Shown: in pieces, positions 1 to 8,782 of the stretch | Layout: every line of letters starts with the position of its first letter | Position numbering within the stretch: the stretch's first letter is position 1 | Sequence record: NC_014792.1 | Length of the DNA stretch: 64,000 nucleotides | Source of the DNA: Escherichia phage vB_EcoM_VR7 | Reading direction: 5' to 3' (one strand) | Translations under genes and position numbers: made by a program | The notes under the pieces: model-generated | What the model was told of the DNA's origin: nothing | The model's input: only the letters and a program-made list of their open reading frames with translations | The model's database searches: none

Positions 1-317
1 GTCGTCTTACGAATATGCTGAAGAAAAATATCGGTGACGCATCCAAATATAAACTGTTTGAGCTTAACGATAACTTCACTCGTGCATCATTCCGTATGGA
101 AACTTCTCAATACTTGGATGGTATTCGTGCGCTCGGTGGCATTTATGAAGGTCGTGTAGTTTGTGATACTACCAACAACACCCCATCGGTTATTGACCGA
201 AATGAATTTGTTGCTAGCATATATTATAAACCGGCAAGGTCGATAAATTATATCGTGCTTAATTTCGTAGCAACAAGTACGGGCGCTGATTTTGATGAGT
301 TGATTGGGGTGCAATAA
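1..317 (+). CDS. 18: Tail sheath protein gp18, C-terminal fragment (5' end outside window)
   Basis: Reading frame is open from window start to TAA at 315-317; lies immediately upstream of gene 19 as in T4; identity rests on synteny, sequence was not matched from memory. Confidence 0.5.
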   Translation, partial: RLTNMLKKNIGDASKYKLFELNDNFTRASFRMETSQYLDGIRALGGIYEGRVVCDTTNNTPSVIDRNEFVASIYYKPARSINYIVLNFVATSTGADFDELIGVQ

Positions 318-357
318 GACTTTACTTCTGATTTAACTTGGGTTATAATGCGCGTAT

Positions 358-369
358 GATATAAATACG
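358..369 (+). promoter_or_regulatory. T4-type late promoter (TATAAATA) upstream of the HNH gene
   Basis: Exact TATAAATA ~18 nt before the GTG start. Confidence 0.6.
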
Positions 370-384
370 CGCAAGGATTTACAA

Positions 385-990
385 GTGATTATTTCTAAAT
401 TTGTTGAAGTTCAAATACGAAATCATGCAAAGTGGTGGAGCGAATACTTAGGTAAACCTCTAACATACCATGATGTGATTTCTGTTCCAGTTGAACAAAT
501 GCCAGATAATAGTAATAAAAAGATTGAGTGTTCCTGTGATGAATGTGGGATACATTTTGAGCGAGGGATTCAGTTGCTTCGTCGCGTTGATAAACATTTA
601 TGTAAGGCATGTTCAAGAAAAGATATTGGACAAAAGAATGTTATTGCACAAGGCGGTGTGCCAAGACCATGGCAACGTGGTGAAAAACATCATAGCTGGA
701 AAGGCAATAAGCGTGAATTCTATTTGTACGCTCAACGTGTTCATGCATTGACAAGAGCAAAACATCTAAAGAATATTTGGTCAACATGGGAAAATGCAGA
801 TAAGATAGGAAAATGTGGGGAAGAAGGTGCATACCAACTTGACCATAAAGTTTCTATTGCGTATGGATTTTATAATCATATACCAGAGACTGTTATCGCT
901 TCGCTCAACAATTTAGAAATAGTCACTTGGGAATCTAATAGGTCCAAAGGAAAATCAAATAGTATTGACTTATGGGATATATTATCCTGA
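385..990 (+). CDS. HNH-family homing endonuclease (free-standing), N-terminal Cys4 zinc-finger-like motif
   Basis: C-terminal HNH-like motif (QLDHKVSIAYGF...NNLEIVTWESNRSKGKS); N-terminal CxxC...CxxC; GTG start with AAGGA SD ~7 nt upstream; sits between genes 18 and 19 where T4 has no gene. Confidence 0.6.
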   Translation: MIISKFVEVQIRNHAKWWSEYLGKPLTYHDVISVPVEQMPDNSNKKIECSCDECGIHFERGIQLLRRVDKHLCKACSRKDIGQKNVIAQGGVPRPWQRGEKHHSWKGNKREFYLYAQRVHALTRAKHLKNIWSTWENADKIGKCGEEGAYQLDHKVSIAYGFYNHIPETVIASLNNLEIVTWESNRSKGKSNSIDLWDILS

Positions 991-1034
991 CAGTAAATGT
1001 AATTAAGCAGTAAACCGTAGAACCATTATACAAT

Positions 1035-1046
1035 GCTATAAATAAA
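1035..1046 (+). promoter_or_regulatory. T4-type late promoter (TATAAATA) inside the loop of an inverted repeat
   Basis: Exact TATAAATA between the arms ccgtagaacc / ggttctacgg. Confidence 0.55.
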
Positions 1047-1123
1047 AGCATATCATCGGTTCTACGGACTCCTCAGAGCTTCCCCAGCGACCTAAATACA
1101 TTTATTGATGAATCATATTACCT

Positions 1124-1135
1124 AGTATAAATACA
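1124..1135 (+). promoter_or_regulatory. Late promoter for gene 19
   Basis: Exact TATAAATA ~50 nt upstream of the gene 19 ATG. Confidence 0.7.
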
Positions 1136-1185
1136 TGCATCAGGGACGCGTTCGCGCGACCTGTGTCTATAAAGAGGATTCCTTA

Positions 1186-1677
1186 ATGGAGTTGACCGAT
1201 ATCACACGCGCTTTCGAATCCGGTGACTTTGCTCGCCCTAACCTGTTCGAAGTCGAAATCCCATTCCTGGGTAAAAACTTTGCTTTCCATTGTAAAGCAG
1301 CCCCGATGCCAGCAGGCATTGTAGAAAAAGTACCAGTTGGTTACATGAACCGTAAAATCAACGTCGCGGGAGACCGTACATTTGATGACTGGACTATTAC
1401 GATTTATAACGACGATGCTCATAAAGTTCGTCAAGCAATTGTTGATTGGCAAAATATGTGTCACGGTATGACCAACGAAATTACCGGTGCAGCTCCTGCT
1501 GATTATAAGAAAACCGCTACTGTCCGCCAGTTCCATCGTGATGGCAAGACCATTACTAAAGAAGTTGTTATCACCGGTATGTGGCCAACTAACGTTGGGG
1601 AAGTCCAGATGGATTGGGATTCGAATAATGAGATTGAGACATTCGAAACTACGTTTGCAATTGACTGGTGGGAATAA
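1186..1677 (+). CDS. 19: Tail tube protein gp19
   Basis: Near-identical blocks to T4 gp19 (TRAFESGDFARPNLF, MNRKINVAGDRTFDDWT, WPTNVGE, DWDSNNEI); ATG at 1186 with AAGAGGA SD; ORF-track start 1135 is an upstream extension. Confidence 0.95.
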   Translation: MELTDITRAFESGDFARPNLFEVEIPFLGKNFAFHCKAAPMPAGIVEKVPVGYMNRKINVAGDRTFDDWTITIYNDDAHKVRQAIVDWQNMCHGMTNEITGAAPADYKKTATVRQFHRDGKTITKEVVITGMWPTNVGEVQMDWDSNNEIETFETTFAIDWWE

Positions 1678-1712
1678 GTATAAATAAAGTTATTATGAGG
1701 CTTCGGCCTCAT
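1677..1712 (+). promoter_or_regulatory. Late promoter for gene 20 followed by a UUCG-loop hairpin in the 5' leader
   Basis: TATAAATA at ~1679-1686; hairpin gaggc-ttcg-gcctc at ~1697-1710. Confidence 0.7.
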
Positions 1713-1734
1713 TTCCCAAACTTCGGAGACTCTA

Positions 1735-3309
1735 ATGGCAGGTTTTAATACAATACTAAATTTTCTTAAGCCTTGGGCTAAAGAAGATGAACAAGAATAT
1801 AAGCAACAAGAAAAAAATAATTTAGAGTCAATGACCGGGCCGAAGTTTGATGATGGGGCTCGCGAAATTGAGTCACAAGAACAAAACGTCCCGTATAATG
1901 CATTGATGCAACAGATGTTCGGGAGCAACGAACCTGAAGTAAAAAACACCAGGGAATTAATTGACACATACCGCAACCTACTAAATAATTATGAAGTTGA
2001 TAACGCGGTGCAAGAAATTGTGTCTGATGCTATCGTTTTTGAAGATGGTAAAGATGTCGTAGCTCTTAACCTTGATGCTACTGAATTTAGTCAGAAAATT
2101 AAAGACCGAATTCTCGAAGAATTCTCGGAAGTTAATAACCTCCTTAATTTCGAGCGTAAAGGTTCTGACCACTTTAAACGTTGGTATGTGGATTCTCGAA
2201 TTTTCTTCCACAAAATTATCAACCCTTCAAAACTTAAAGAAGGCGTTCAAGAACTTCGTCGCCTTGACCCAAGACAAATCCAGTTCATCCGTGAAATCGT
2301 TACACGCATGGAAAATGGTACGAAAATTGTTGACGGTTACAGAGAATATTTTGTATACGATACAGGTCATGAAAGTTATTGTGCCGATGGTCGTATATAT
2401 GAAGCGGGTACTAAAATAAAAATTCCTCGTGCGGCAATTGTATATGCACATTCCGGATTACTTGATTGTTGTGGTAAGAATATCATCGGATACCTGCAAC
2501 GAGCAATCAAACCTGCAAACCAATTAAAACTATTAGAAGATGCTTTAGTCATTTATCGTATAACTCGTGCGCCAGACCGCCGAGTCTTTTATATCGATAC
2601 TGGGAATATGCCGTCTCGCAAAGCAGCAGCACATATGCAACATATTATGAACACGATGAAAAACCGTGTCGTATATGATGCAACTACGGGTAAAATCAAA
2701 AACCAACAGCATAATATGTCAATGACAGAAGACTATTGGTTGCAACGTCGCGACGGTAAAGCAGTCACCGAAGTTGATACTCTCCCAGGTGCACAAGGCA
2801 TGTCGGATATGGATGATGTTCGCTGGTTTAAGAACAACCTATATCAGGCTCTCAGAATTCCATTATCTCGTATCCCTAATGACCAGAACAGTGGCGTTAT
2901 GTTTGATGCGGGGGCGACAATTACTCGCGATGAATTGAATTTCTCTAAATGGATTAGACAACTACAGAATAAATTTGAAGAAGTTTTCCTCGACCCGCTT
3001 AAAACCAACCTTATCCTGAAAAAAGTTATTTCAGAAGAGGAATGGGACAAGGAACTAAATAATATTAAAGTTACGTTCAACCGTGATAGCTATTTCACCG
3101 AAATGAAAGATGCAGAAATCATGGAACGCAGAATCAATATGCTAACGATGGCTGAACCGTTTATCGGTAAATATATTTCGCATCAAACTGCAATGAAGGA
3201 TTTCCTCCAGATGTCTGATGAAGAAATTAATCAAGAAGCTAAGCAAATTGAATTGGAGTCCAAAGAGGCTCGTTTCCAAAACCCTGAAGAAGAAGAAGAG
3301 GATTTCTAA
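1735..3309 (+). CDS. 20: Portal vertex protein gp20
   Basis: Full-length similarity to T4 gp20 ([56 protein letters not shown]); 524 aa. Confidence 0.97.
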   Translation: MAGFNTILNFLKPWAKEDEQEYKQQEKNNLESMTGPKFDDGAREIESQEQNVPYNALMQQMFGSNEPEVKNTRELIDTYRNLLNNYEVDNAVQEIVSDAIVFEDGKDVVALNLDATEFSQKIKDRILEEFSEVNNLLNFERKGSDHFKRWYVDSRIFFHKIINPSKLKEGVQELRRLDPRQIQFIREIVTRMENGTKIVDGYREYFVYDTGHESYCADGRIYEAGTKIKIPRAAIVYAHSGLLDCCGKNIIGYLQRAIKPANQLKLLEDALVIYRITRAPDRRVFYIDTGNMPSRKAAAHMQHIMNTMKNRVVYDATTGKIKNQQHNMSMTEDYWLQRRDGKAVTEVDTLPGAQGMSDMDDVRWFKNNLYQALRIPLSRIPNDQNSGVMFDAGATITRDELNFSKWIRQLQNKFEEVFLDPLKTNLILKKVISEEEWDKELNNIKVTFNRDSYFTEMKDAEIMERRINMLTMAEPFIGKYISHQTAMKDFLQMSDEEINQEAKQIELESKEARFQNPEEEEEDF

Positions 3310-3566
3310 TGGATGATTTATTTGAAGCCATTAAATCAAACGACCTCGTAGCCGTTCGCAAATATTTTGCTGAAAACATTGGCCCAGTATGCGGTAGTTT
3401 GATTCAAGAACGTAAGATTGAAATTGCACGTTCCATCATGATTGAAGGCGAAGAGCCTAAAGAAGATGATGAAGACAAGGACGACGACAAAGCAGAAAAG
3501 AAAGACAAAAAAGAATCTGACGACGCTGACGAAGGTGACGACGATGAAGATGAGGACGATGAATAA
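3309..3566 (+). CDS. 67: Prohead core protein gp67
   Basis: 85 aa, highly acidic C-terminal tail; position between 20 and 68; start overlaps gene 20 stop. Confidence 0.8.
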   Translation: MDDLFEAIKSNDLVAVRKYFAENIGPVCGSLIQERKIEIARSIMIEGEEPKEDDEDKDDDKAEKKDKKESDDADEGDDDEDEDDE

Positions 3567-3994
3567 TGTTTATTATCCCTGATGATTACGAATTAACTCT
3601 TGAAAACATCGAAAGTGTTTCCGAAGAAGCTCAGGGACAATTTGATTCATTATCCGAAGCCTTAGAAAAAGACGATATAAATATTATTGTAGAAAACATG
3701 TTTGCAGCCGGTGAATATGAAAAAGCAACGGTTATCGGCGCACTGAATGAAGGTGTTCAGCTTAACGAATTTATCGTTAAACATGTATCGTCTCGCGGTG
3801 AGTTAACCCGCACAAAAGACCGAGCTACTCGTAAGCGTAATGCTTTCCAAACAACTGGTCTTTCTAAAGCTAAACGTCGTCAAATTGCCCGACTGGCTAC
3901 TAAAACGAAAAGAGCAAACCCATCTACGCAAATCAGAGCAGAGCGCAAGCGCAAAAAAGCTCGAGCTAAGCGTAAAGCATTCGGACTTGATTAA
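3566..3994 (+). CDS. 68: Prohead core protein gp68
   Basis: 142 aa, basic C-terminus; position between 67 and 21. Confidence 0.75.
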   Translation: MFIIPDDYELTLENIESVSEEAQGQFDSLSEALEKDDINIIVENMFAAGEYEKATVIGALNEGVQLNEFIVKHVSSRGELTRTKDRATRKRNAFQTTGLSKAKRRQIARLATKTKRANPSTQIRAERKRKKARAKRKAFGLD

Positions 3995-4632
3995 TGGAAC
4001 AGAAACCAGAGTTACTAATCGAACACTGGGGTCAACCGGGCGAAATTAAAGATGGTGTACCGATGTTGGAATCTCATGATGGTTCCAGCAGCGGTTTAAA
4101 GCCAGGACTTTATATTGAAGGTATTTTCCTACAAGCTGAAGTTGTTAACCGTAATAAACGACTTTATCCTAAACGTATTTTGGAAAAAGCCGTTGCGGAC
4201 TATATCGCCGAACAGGTTGAAACCAAGCAGTCTCTTGGAGAATTAAACCATCCACCTCGTGCAAACGTTGACCCTATGCAGGCAGCAATTATTATCGAGG
4301 AAATGTGGTGGAAAGGGAATGATGTATATGGCCGTGCGCGTATTATCGAAGGCGACCATGGTCCAGGTGATAAACTTGCTGCGAATATAAGAGCGGGTTG
4401 GATTCCTGGTGTATCTAGTCGTGGGCTCGGTTCCCTGACTAAATCAGCAAAAGGTTATAACATCGTCAATGAAGGTTTTAAATTGACGGTTGGAGTAGAT
4501 GCAGTATGGGGGCCAAGTGCTCCGGACGCTTGGGTCAAACCAAAGCAGATTACAGAATCACAAACGGCGGAAGCCGATACAAGTGCCGACGACGCCTTTA
4601 TGGCTCTCGCAGAGGCTTTAAAGACGTTATAA
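3994..4632 (+). CDS. 21: Prohead core scaffold/protease gp21
   Basis: 212 aa, same length and position as T4 gp21. Confidence 0.9.
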   Translation: MEQKPELLIEHWGQPGEIKDGVPMLESHDGSSSGLKPGLYIEGIFLQAEVVNRNKRLYPKRILEKAVADYIAEQVETKQSLGELNHPPRANVDPMQAAIIIEEMWWKGNDVYGRARIIEGDHGPGDKLAANIRAGWIPGVSSRGLGSLTKSAKGYNIVNEGFKLTVGVDAVWGPSAPDAWVKPKQITESQTAEADTSADDAFMALAEALKTL

Positions 4633-4637
4633 ATAAA
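4626..4637 (+). promoter_or_regulatory. Late promoter for gene 22
   Basis: Exact TATAAATA ~30 nt upstream of the gene 22 ATG. Confidence 0.7.
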
Positions 4638-4664
4638 TGTATATCTTAACAACAGGACTACAAA

Positions 4665-5483
4665 ATGCTTAAAGAACAACTCATTTCTGAAGCTCAAAAC
4701 ATCGATGCTTCCGTTGCTCTCGATAGTATTTTCGAATCAGTTAATTTGTCCCCGGAAGCGAAAGCTACCTTCGGCACTGTATTCGAAGCTACCGTCAAGC
4801 AACACGCCATCAAACTGGCAGAATCTCACATTCACGCCATCGCTGAAAAAGCTGAAGAAGAAGTCGAAAAGAATAAAGAAGAATCCGACGAAAAAGCAGA
4901 GAAAAAACTGAAAGAATCTGCAGCTAAATTCCTGGACCACGTTGCTAAAGAATGGCTTGCTGAAAACAAACTGGCTGTCGACCGTGGCATTAAAGCTGAC
5001 CTGTTCGAATCCATGTTTACCGGCATGAAAGAACTGTTCGTTGAGCACAACGTTGTTGTTCCAGAAGAATCTGTTGATGTTGTTGCAGAAATGCAGGAAG
5101 AACTGGCTGAACAGAAAGAAGAAACCGCTAGTCTATTCGAAGAAGTTTCTAAGCGTGATGCTTATATCAATTATGTCCAACGTGAAGTTGCGTTGACTGA
5201 AGCGACCAAAGACCTGACCGAATCTCAGAAAGAAAAAGTTGGTTCTCTGGTAGAAGGTATGGATTATTCCGATGCGTTCGGTACCAAAATTGGCGCTATC
5301 GTTGAAATGGTTAAAGGTCAGGTAGACACCACCGAAAAACCTATCACCGAAGCAGCTATAAATAATTCTGTAGACGATGCTGCGGCACTGAATTACATTT
5401 CAGAAGCAGTTGAAGAAAAAGGCGCCAAGCCTACCCTGTCCTTCGCGGACTTGTCTGCTCTCGCAGCATCACGAATTTCTTAA
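4665..5483 (+). CDS. 22: Prohead core scaffold protein gp22
   Basis: 272 aa, acidic and helical with E/K-rich repeats; late promoter upstream; position before gene 23. Confidence 0.88.
   Translation: MLKEQLISEAQNIDASVALDSIFESVNLSPEAKATFGTVFEATVKQHAIKLAESHIHAIAEKAEEEVEKNKEESDEKAEKKLKESAAKFLDHVAKEWLAENKLAVDRGIKADLFESMFTGMKELFVEHNVVVPEESVDVVAEMQEELAEQKEETASLFEEVSKRDAYINYVQREVALTEATKDLTESQKEKVGSLVEGMDYSDAFGTKIGAIVEMVKGQVDTTEKPITEAAINNSVDDAAALNYISEAVEEKGAKPTLSFADLSALAASRIS
5355..5366 (+). promoter_or_regulatory. Late promoter for gene 23, embedded in the 3' end of gene 22
   Basis: Exact TATAAATA ~140 nt upstream of the gene 23 ATG, inside the gene 22 coding sequence. Confidence 0.65.
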
Positions 5484-5504
5484 TTTAATAAGGTTATACA
5501 ACAC

Positions 5505-7064
5505 ATGAAAAAGAATGCATTAGTTCAAAAATGGTCCGCTCTGCTGGAAAACGAAGCTCTTCCTGAAATCGTTGGTGCTTCTAAACAAGCTATCATCGCT
5601 AAAATCTTTGAAAACCAGGAACAAGATATCCTGACCGCTCCAGAATACCGTGACGAAAAAATCTCCGAAGCATTTGGTTCTTTCCTGACCGAAGCTGAAA
5701 TCGGTGGTGACCATGGTTATGATGCTACCAATATCGCCGCTGGCCAGACCTCTGGTGCAGTAACTCAGATTGGGCCGGCAGTTATGGGTATGGTTCGTCG
5801 TGCTATCCCGCATCTGATTGCGTTTGATATTTGTGGCGTACAGCCTCTGAACAACCCGACTGGCCAGGTATTTGCCCTGCGTGCAGTTTACGGTAAAGAC
5901 CCTGTAGCTGCTGGTGCTAAAGAAGCTTTCCACCCGATGTATGCTCCGAACGCTATGTTCTCCGGTCAGGGTGCTGCTGAAGCTTTCGAACCTCTGGCTG
6001 CAAGCAAAGTTCTTACCGTTGGTAAAATTTATTCTCACTTCTTCGAAGCAACCGGTTCCGCACACTACCAGGCCGTTGAAGCTGTAACCGTTGATGCCGC
6101 CGCTACTGATGCTGCTAAACTTGACGCTGAAGTTACCAAACTGCTCGAAGCTGGTAAACTGGCAGAAATCGCTGAAGGTATGGCTACCTCTATCGCCGAA
6201 CTGCAGGAAGGTTTCAACGGTTCTCAGGATAACCCGTGGAACGAAATGGGCTTCCGCATCGATAAACAAGTTATCGAAGCTAAATCCCGTCAGCTGAAAG
6301 CAAGCTACTCTATCGAACTGGCACAGGACCTGCGCGCTGTTCACGGTATGGACGCTGATGCCGAATTGAGTGGTATTCTGGCTACTGAAATTATGCTGGA
6401 AATCAACCGCGAAGTTATCGATTGGATTAACTACTCCGCACAGGTTGGTAAATCTGGTATGACCAACACCGTTGGCGCTAAAGCTGGTGTGTTCGACTTC
6501 CAGGACCCGATTGATATCCGTGGTGCTCGTTGGGCTGGTGAAAGCTTCAAAGCTTTACTGTTCCAGATTGATAAAGAAGCCGCTGAAATCGCTCGTCAGA
6601 CCGGTCGTGGTGCAGGTAACTTCATCATCGCTTCCCGTAACGTAGTTAACGTACTGGCTGCAGTTGATACCTCTGTATCTTATGCTGCTCAGGGTCTGGG
6701 TAAAGGTTTCAACGTTGACACCACTAAAGCCGTGTTCGCTGGTGTTCTGGGTGGCAAATACCGTGTCTACATCGACCAGTATGCTCGCGCAGATTACTTC
6801 ACCATCGGTTACAAAGGCGCTAACGAAATGGATGCTGGTATCTACTACGCACCATATGTTGCACTGACCCCGCTGCGTGGCTCTGACCCGAAAAACTTCC
6901 AGCCAGTTATGGGCTTCAAAACCCGTTACGGTATCGGTATTAACCCGTTCGCTGACCCGGCAGCTCAGGCTCCGACCAAGCGTATTCAAAACGGCATGCC
7001 GGACATCGTTAACAGCCTCGGCTTGAACGGTTACTTCCGTCGCGTATATGTTAAAGGAATTTAA
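5505..7064 (+). CDS. 23: Major capsid protein gp23
   Basis: 519 aa; very strong codon bias; position and size as T4 gp23; followed by a strong terminator. Confidence 0.97.
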   Translation: MKKNALVQKWSALLENEALPEIVGASKQAIIAKIFENQEQDILTAPEYRDEKISEAFGSFLTEAEIGGDHGYDATNIAAGQTSGAVTQIGPAVMGMVRRAIPHLIAFDICGVQPLNNPTGQVFALRAVYGKDPVAAGAKEAFHPMYAPNAMFSGQGAAEAFEPLAASKVLTVGKIYSHFFEATGSAHYQAVEAVTVDAAATDAAKLDAEVTKLLEAGKLAEIAEGMATSIAELQEGFNGSQDNPWNEMGFRIDKQVIEAKSRQLKASYSIELAQDLRAVHGMDADAELSGILATEIMLEINREVIDWINYSAQVGKSGMTNTVGAKAGVFDFQDPIDIRGARWAGESFKALLFQIDKEAAEIARQTGRGAGNFIIASRNVVNVLAAVDTSVSYAAQGLGKGFNVDTTKAVFAGVLGGKYRVYIDQYARADYFTIGYKGANEMDAGIYYAPYVALTPLRGSDPKNFQPVMGFKTRYGIGINPFADPAAQAPTKRIQNGMPDIVNSLGLNGYFRRVYVKGI

Positions 7065-7084
7065 TCTTAGATTAAGTTAAATAA

Positions 7085-7115
7085 AAAGGGACCCTTGAGG
7101 TCCCTTTCTTGTTTT
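7085..7115. terminator. Rho-independent terminator after gene 23 (possibly bidirectional)
   Basis: gggacc-cttga-ggtccc hairpin flanked by an A-run and a T-run. Confidence 0.8.
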
Positions 7116-7396
7116 CATACCATACCATTTAAATGAACTTCTACCCGGCGCTTGATGAGGTCTCTGAAATTAACACTGTTCTCTTGAAGTTTCAACCAGT
7201 TACCTGATTTGTCTTTGGTGTGTGTAGAATAATTACCATTCCACCAAAAATCAGTATCATATGCTAAGTTTTCATATTTTTTAACTAGTTTGTTCAGAGC
7301 ATTACCATTAACACCATTTGGGTATTTGTTGACCAATGCAACAACTTCAATTTCCAGATTTTTAAAGGTATTCCGAAGGAAAGATACTTTGTTCAT
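7115..7396 (-). CDS. Hypothetical protein (93 aa from internal ATG; ORF track gives 97 aa to 7408)
   Basis: Opposite strand to the late genes; GGAG SD before the ATG at 7396; early-type promoter (GTTTAC, ~18 nt, CATAAT) directly upstream. Confidence 0.4.
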   Translation of the reverse strand: MNKVSFLRNTFKNLEIEVVALVNKYPNGVNGNALNKLVKKYENLAYDTDFWWNGNYSTHTKDKSGNWLKLQENSVNFRDLIKRRVEVHLNGMV

Positions 7397-7430
7397 TTTA
7401 GACTCCATTGTTTGGTAACTCAGTATGAAA

Positions 7431-7464
7431 TCATTATGTCTTATCTTAATCGGGTTGTAAACAA
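7431..7464 (-). promoter_or_regulatory. T4 early-type promoter for the 7115..7396 ORF
   Basis: Minus strand reads GTTTAC, ~18 nt, CATAAT. Confidence 0.55.
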
Positions 7465-7466
7465 CT

Positions 7467-7478
7467 TTTATAAATAAA
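7467..7478 (+). promoter_or_regulatory. Late promoter for gene 24
   Basis: Exact TATAAATA ~25 nt upstream of the gene 24 ATG. Confidence 0.7.
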
Positions 7479-7501
7479 GTATATCACAAAAGGAAAGCGC
7501 A

Positions 7502-8782
7502 ATGGCAAAGATTAACGAACTGCTGCGCGAGTCAACTACTACATCCAGCAACTCATTAGGCCGCCCGAATCTTGTTGCTTTGACCCGCGCTACAACTAAA
7601 TTGATTTACCGCGATATCATCGCTGAACAACGTACTAACCAGCCTGTTGCTGCGCTGTACGGTGTTAAATATATTACTCCTGATAATGAATTCAGTTTCC
7701 AGACTGGTGCTACTTATGGTGGTGAAGTCGGTTCTAAAGACCGTACAACTATTCCAGAATTAGCCACAGCTACTCAGCCTGTTGCTAAAGGCGAATATGT
7801 AAAATATCAAAATATCGTTTACAAAGCTCTGGTGGATAATCCATTTGCAACGACTACAGAAACAGTATTATCTGATGTTCTACAGGAAGGTCTTATTGCA
7901 TCGACTATTCGTTTAGTTCCTGATGCAGCGCATACCGAGAAATTTGAAGCCGGTGATGTTGAAATTAGCAACGCCGTGTTCCAGGTTAATAAATGGAATG
8001 CTCCTGTTAAATCCCGTAAATTGAAAACTGCACTGACTGTTGAACTTGCTCAGGATATGGAAGCAAACGGTTTTAATGCTCCTGCTTTCCTGGAAGACCT
8101 GCTTGCAACTACCATGGCAGACGAAATTAACAAAGATGTTCTGCAGTCTCTGATTACCGTTTCCAAGCGTTATAAAGTCGCTGGCATTTCTGATAAAGGT
8201 TTCATCGATTTGACATATGATTCAGCTCCAGAAGGCGCACGTAAACTGTACGAACTGGTTTGCGAAATGAACTCTGAAATTCAGAAAACTACATCTTACT
8301 CTGGTACATTCGTTGTTGCCTCAAGTCGTGTGGCCGCGATGCTCGCCGGTTCCGGCTGGTTGAAACATAAACCTGAAGATGAACAATGGCTCCCGGAAAC
8401 CGCGTACGGCTATTTGATTAATGGTCTTCCTGTATTCTGTGATGTTAACAGTCCATTGGATTATGTAACCGTTGGCGTTAAAGAAAATTACGGTGGAAAC
8501 GAAGTCGTAGGCTCAATCTTCTATGCTCCTTATACCGAAGGCCTGGACTTAGATGATGAAGAACACGTAGGTGCGTTTAAGGTCATTGTGGACCCAGACA
8601 GCTTGCAGCCATCTATCTCCCTGATGGTTCGTTATGCACTTTCAGCCAACCCTTATACCGTTGCTAAAGACGACAAAGAAGCTCGTATTATCGATGCAAC
8701 TAATATGGATTTAATGGCCGGCCAGAGCAACATGTCTTATCTGCTCGGTGTTAAACTTCCACCAATCATTTATGAGGCGTAA
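7502..8782 (+). CDS. 24: Capsid vertex protein gp24
   Basis: Near-identical N-terminus to T4 gp24 (MAKINELLRESTTT...GRPNL...TRATTKLIY) and conserved blocks (KSRKLKT, VELAQD, EINKDVLQSLITVSKRYKV, ANPYTVAKDDKEARIID). Confidence 0.95.
   Translation: MAKINELLRESTTTSSNSLGRPNLVALTRATTKLIYRDIIAEQRTNQPVAALYGVKYITPDNEFSFQTGATYGGEVGSKDRTTIPELATATQPVAKGEYVKYQNIVYKALVDNPFATTTETVLSDVLQEGLIASTIRLVPDAAHTEKFEAGDVEISNAVFQVNKWNAPVKSRKLKTALTVELAQDMEANGFNAPAFLEDLLATTMADEINKDVLQSLITVSKRYKVAGISDKGFIDLTYDSAPEGARKLYELVCEMNSEIQKTTSYSGTFVVASSRVAAMLAGSGWLKHKPEDEQWLPETAYGYLINGLPVFCDVNSPLDYVTVGVKENYGGNEVVGSIFYAPYTEGLDLDDEEHVGAFKVIVDPDSLQPSISLMVRYALSANPYTVAKDDKEARIIDATNMDLMAGQSNMSYLLGVKLPPIIYEA

Noticed and set aside
5520-6344. 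274-aa ORF antisense to the major capsid gene 23
   Set aside because: Lies entirely inside and opposite a highly conserved, strongly codon-biased gene; translation is low-complexity; typical by-product of codon bias
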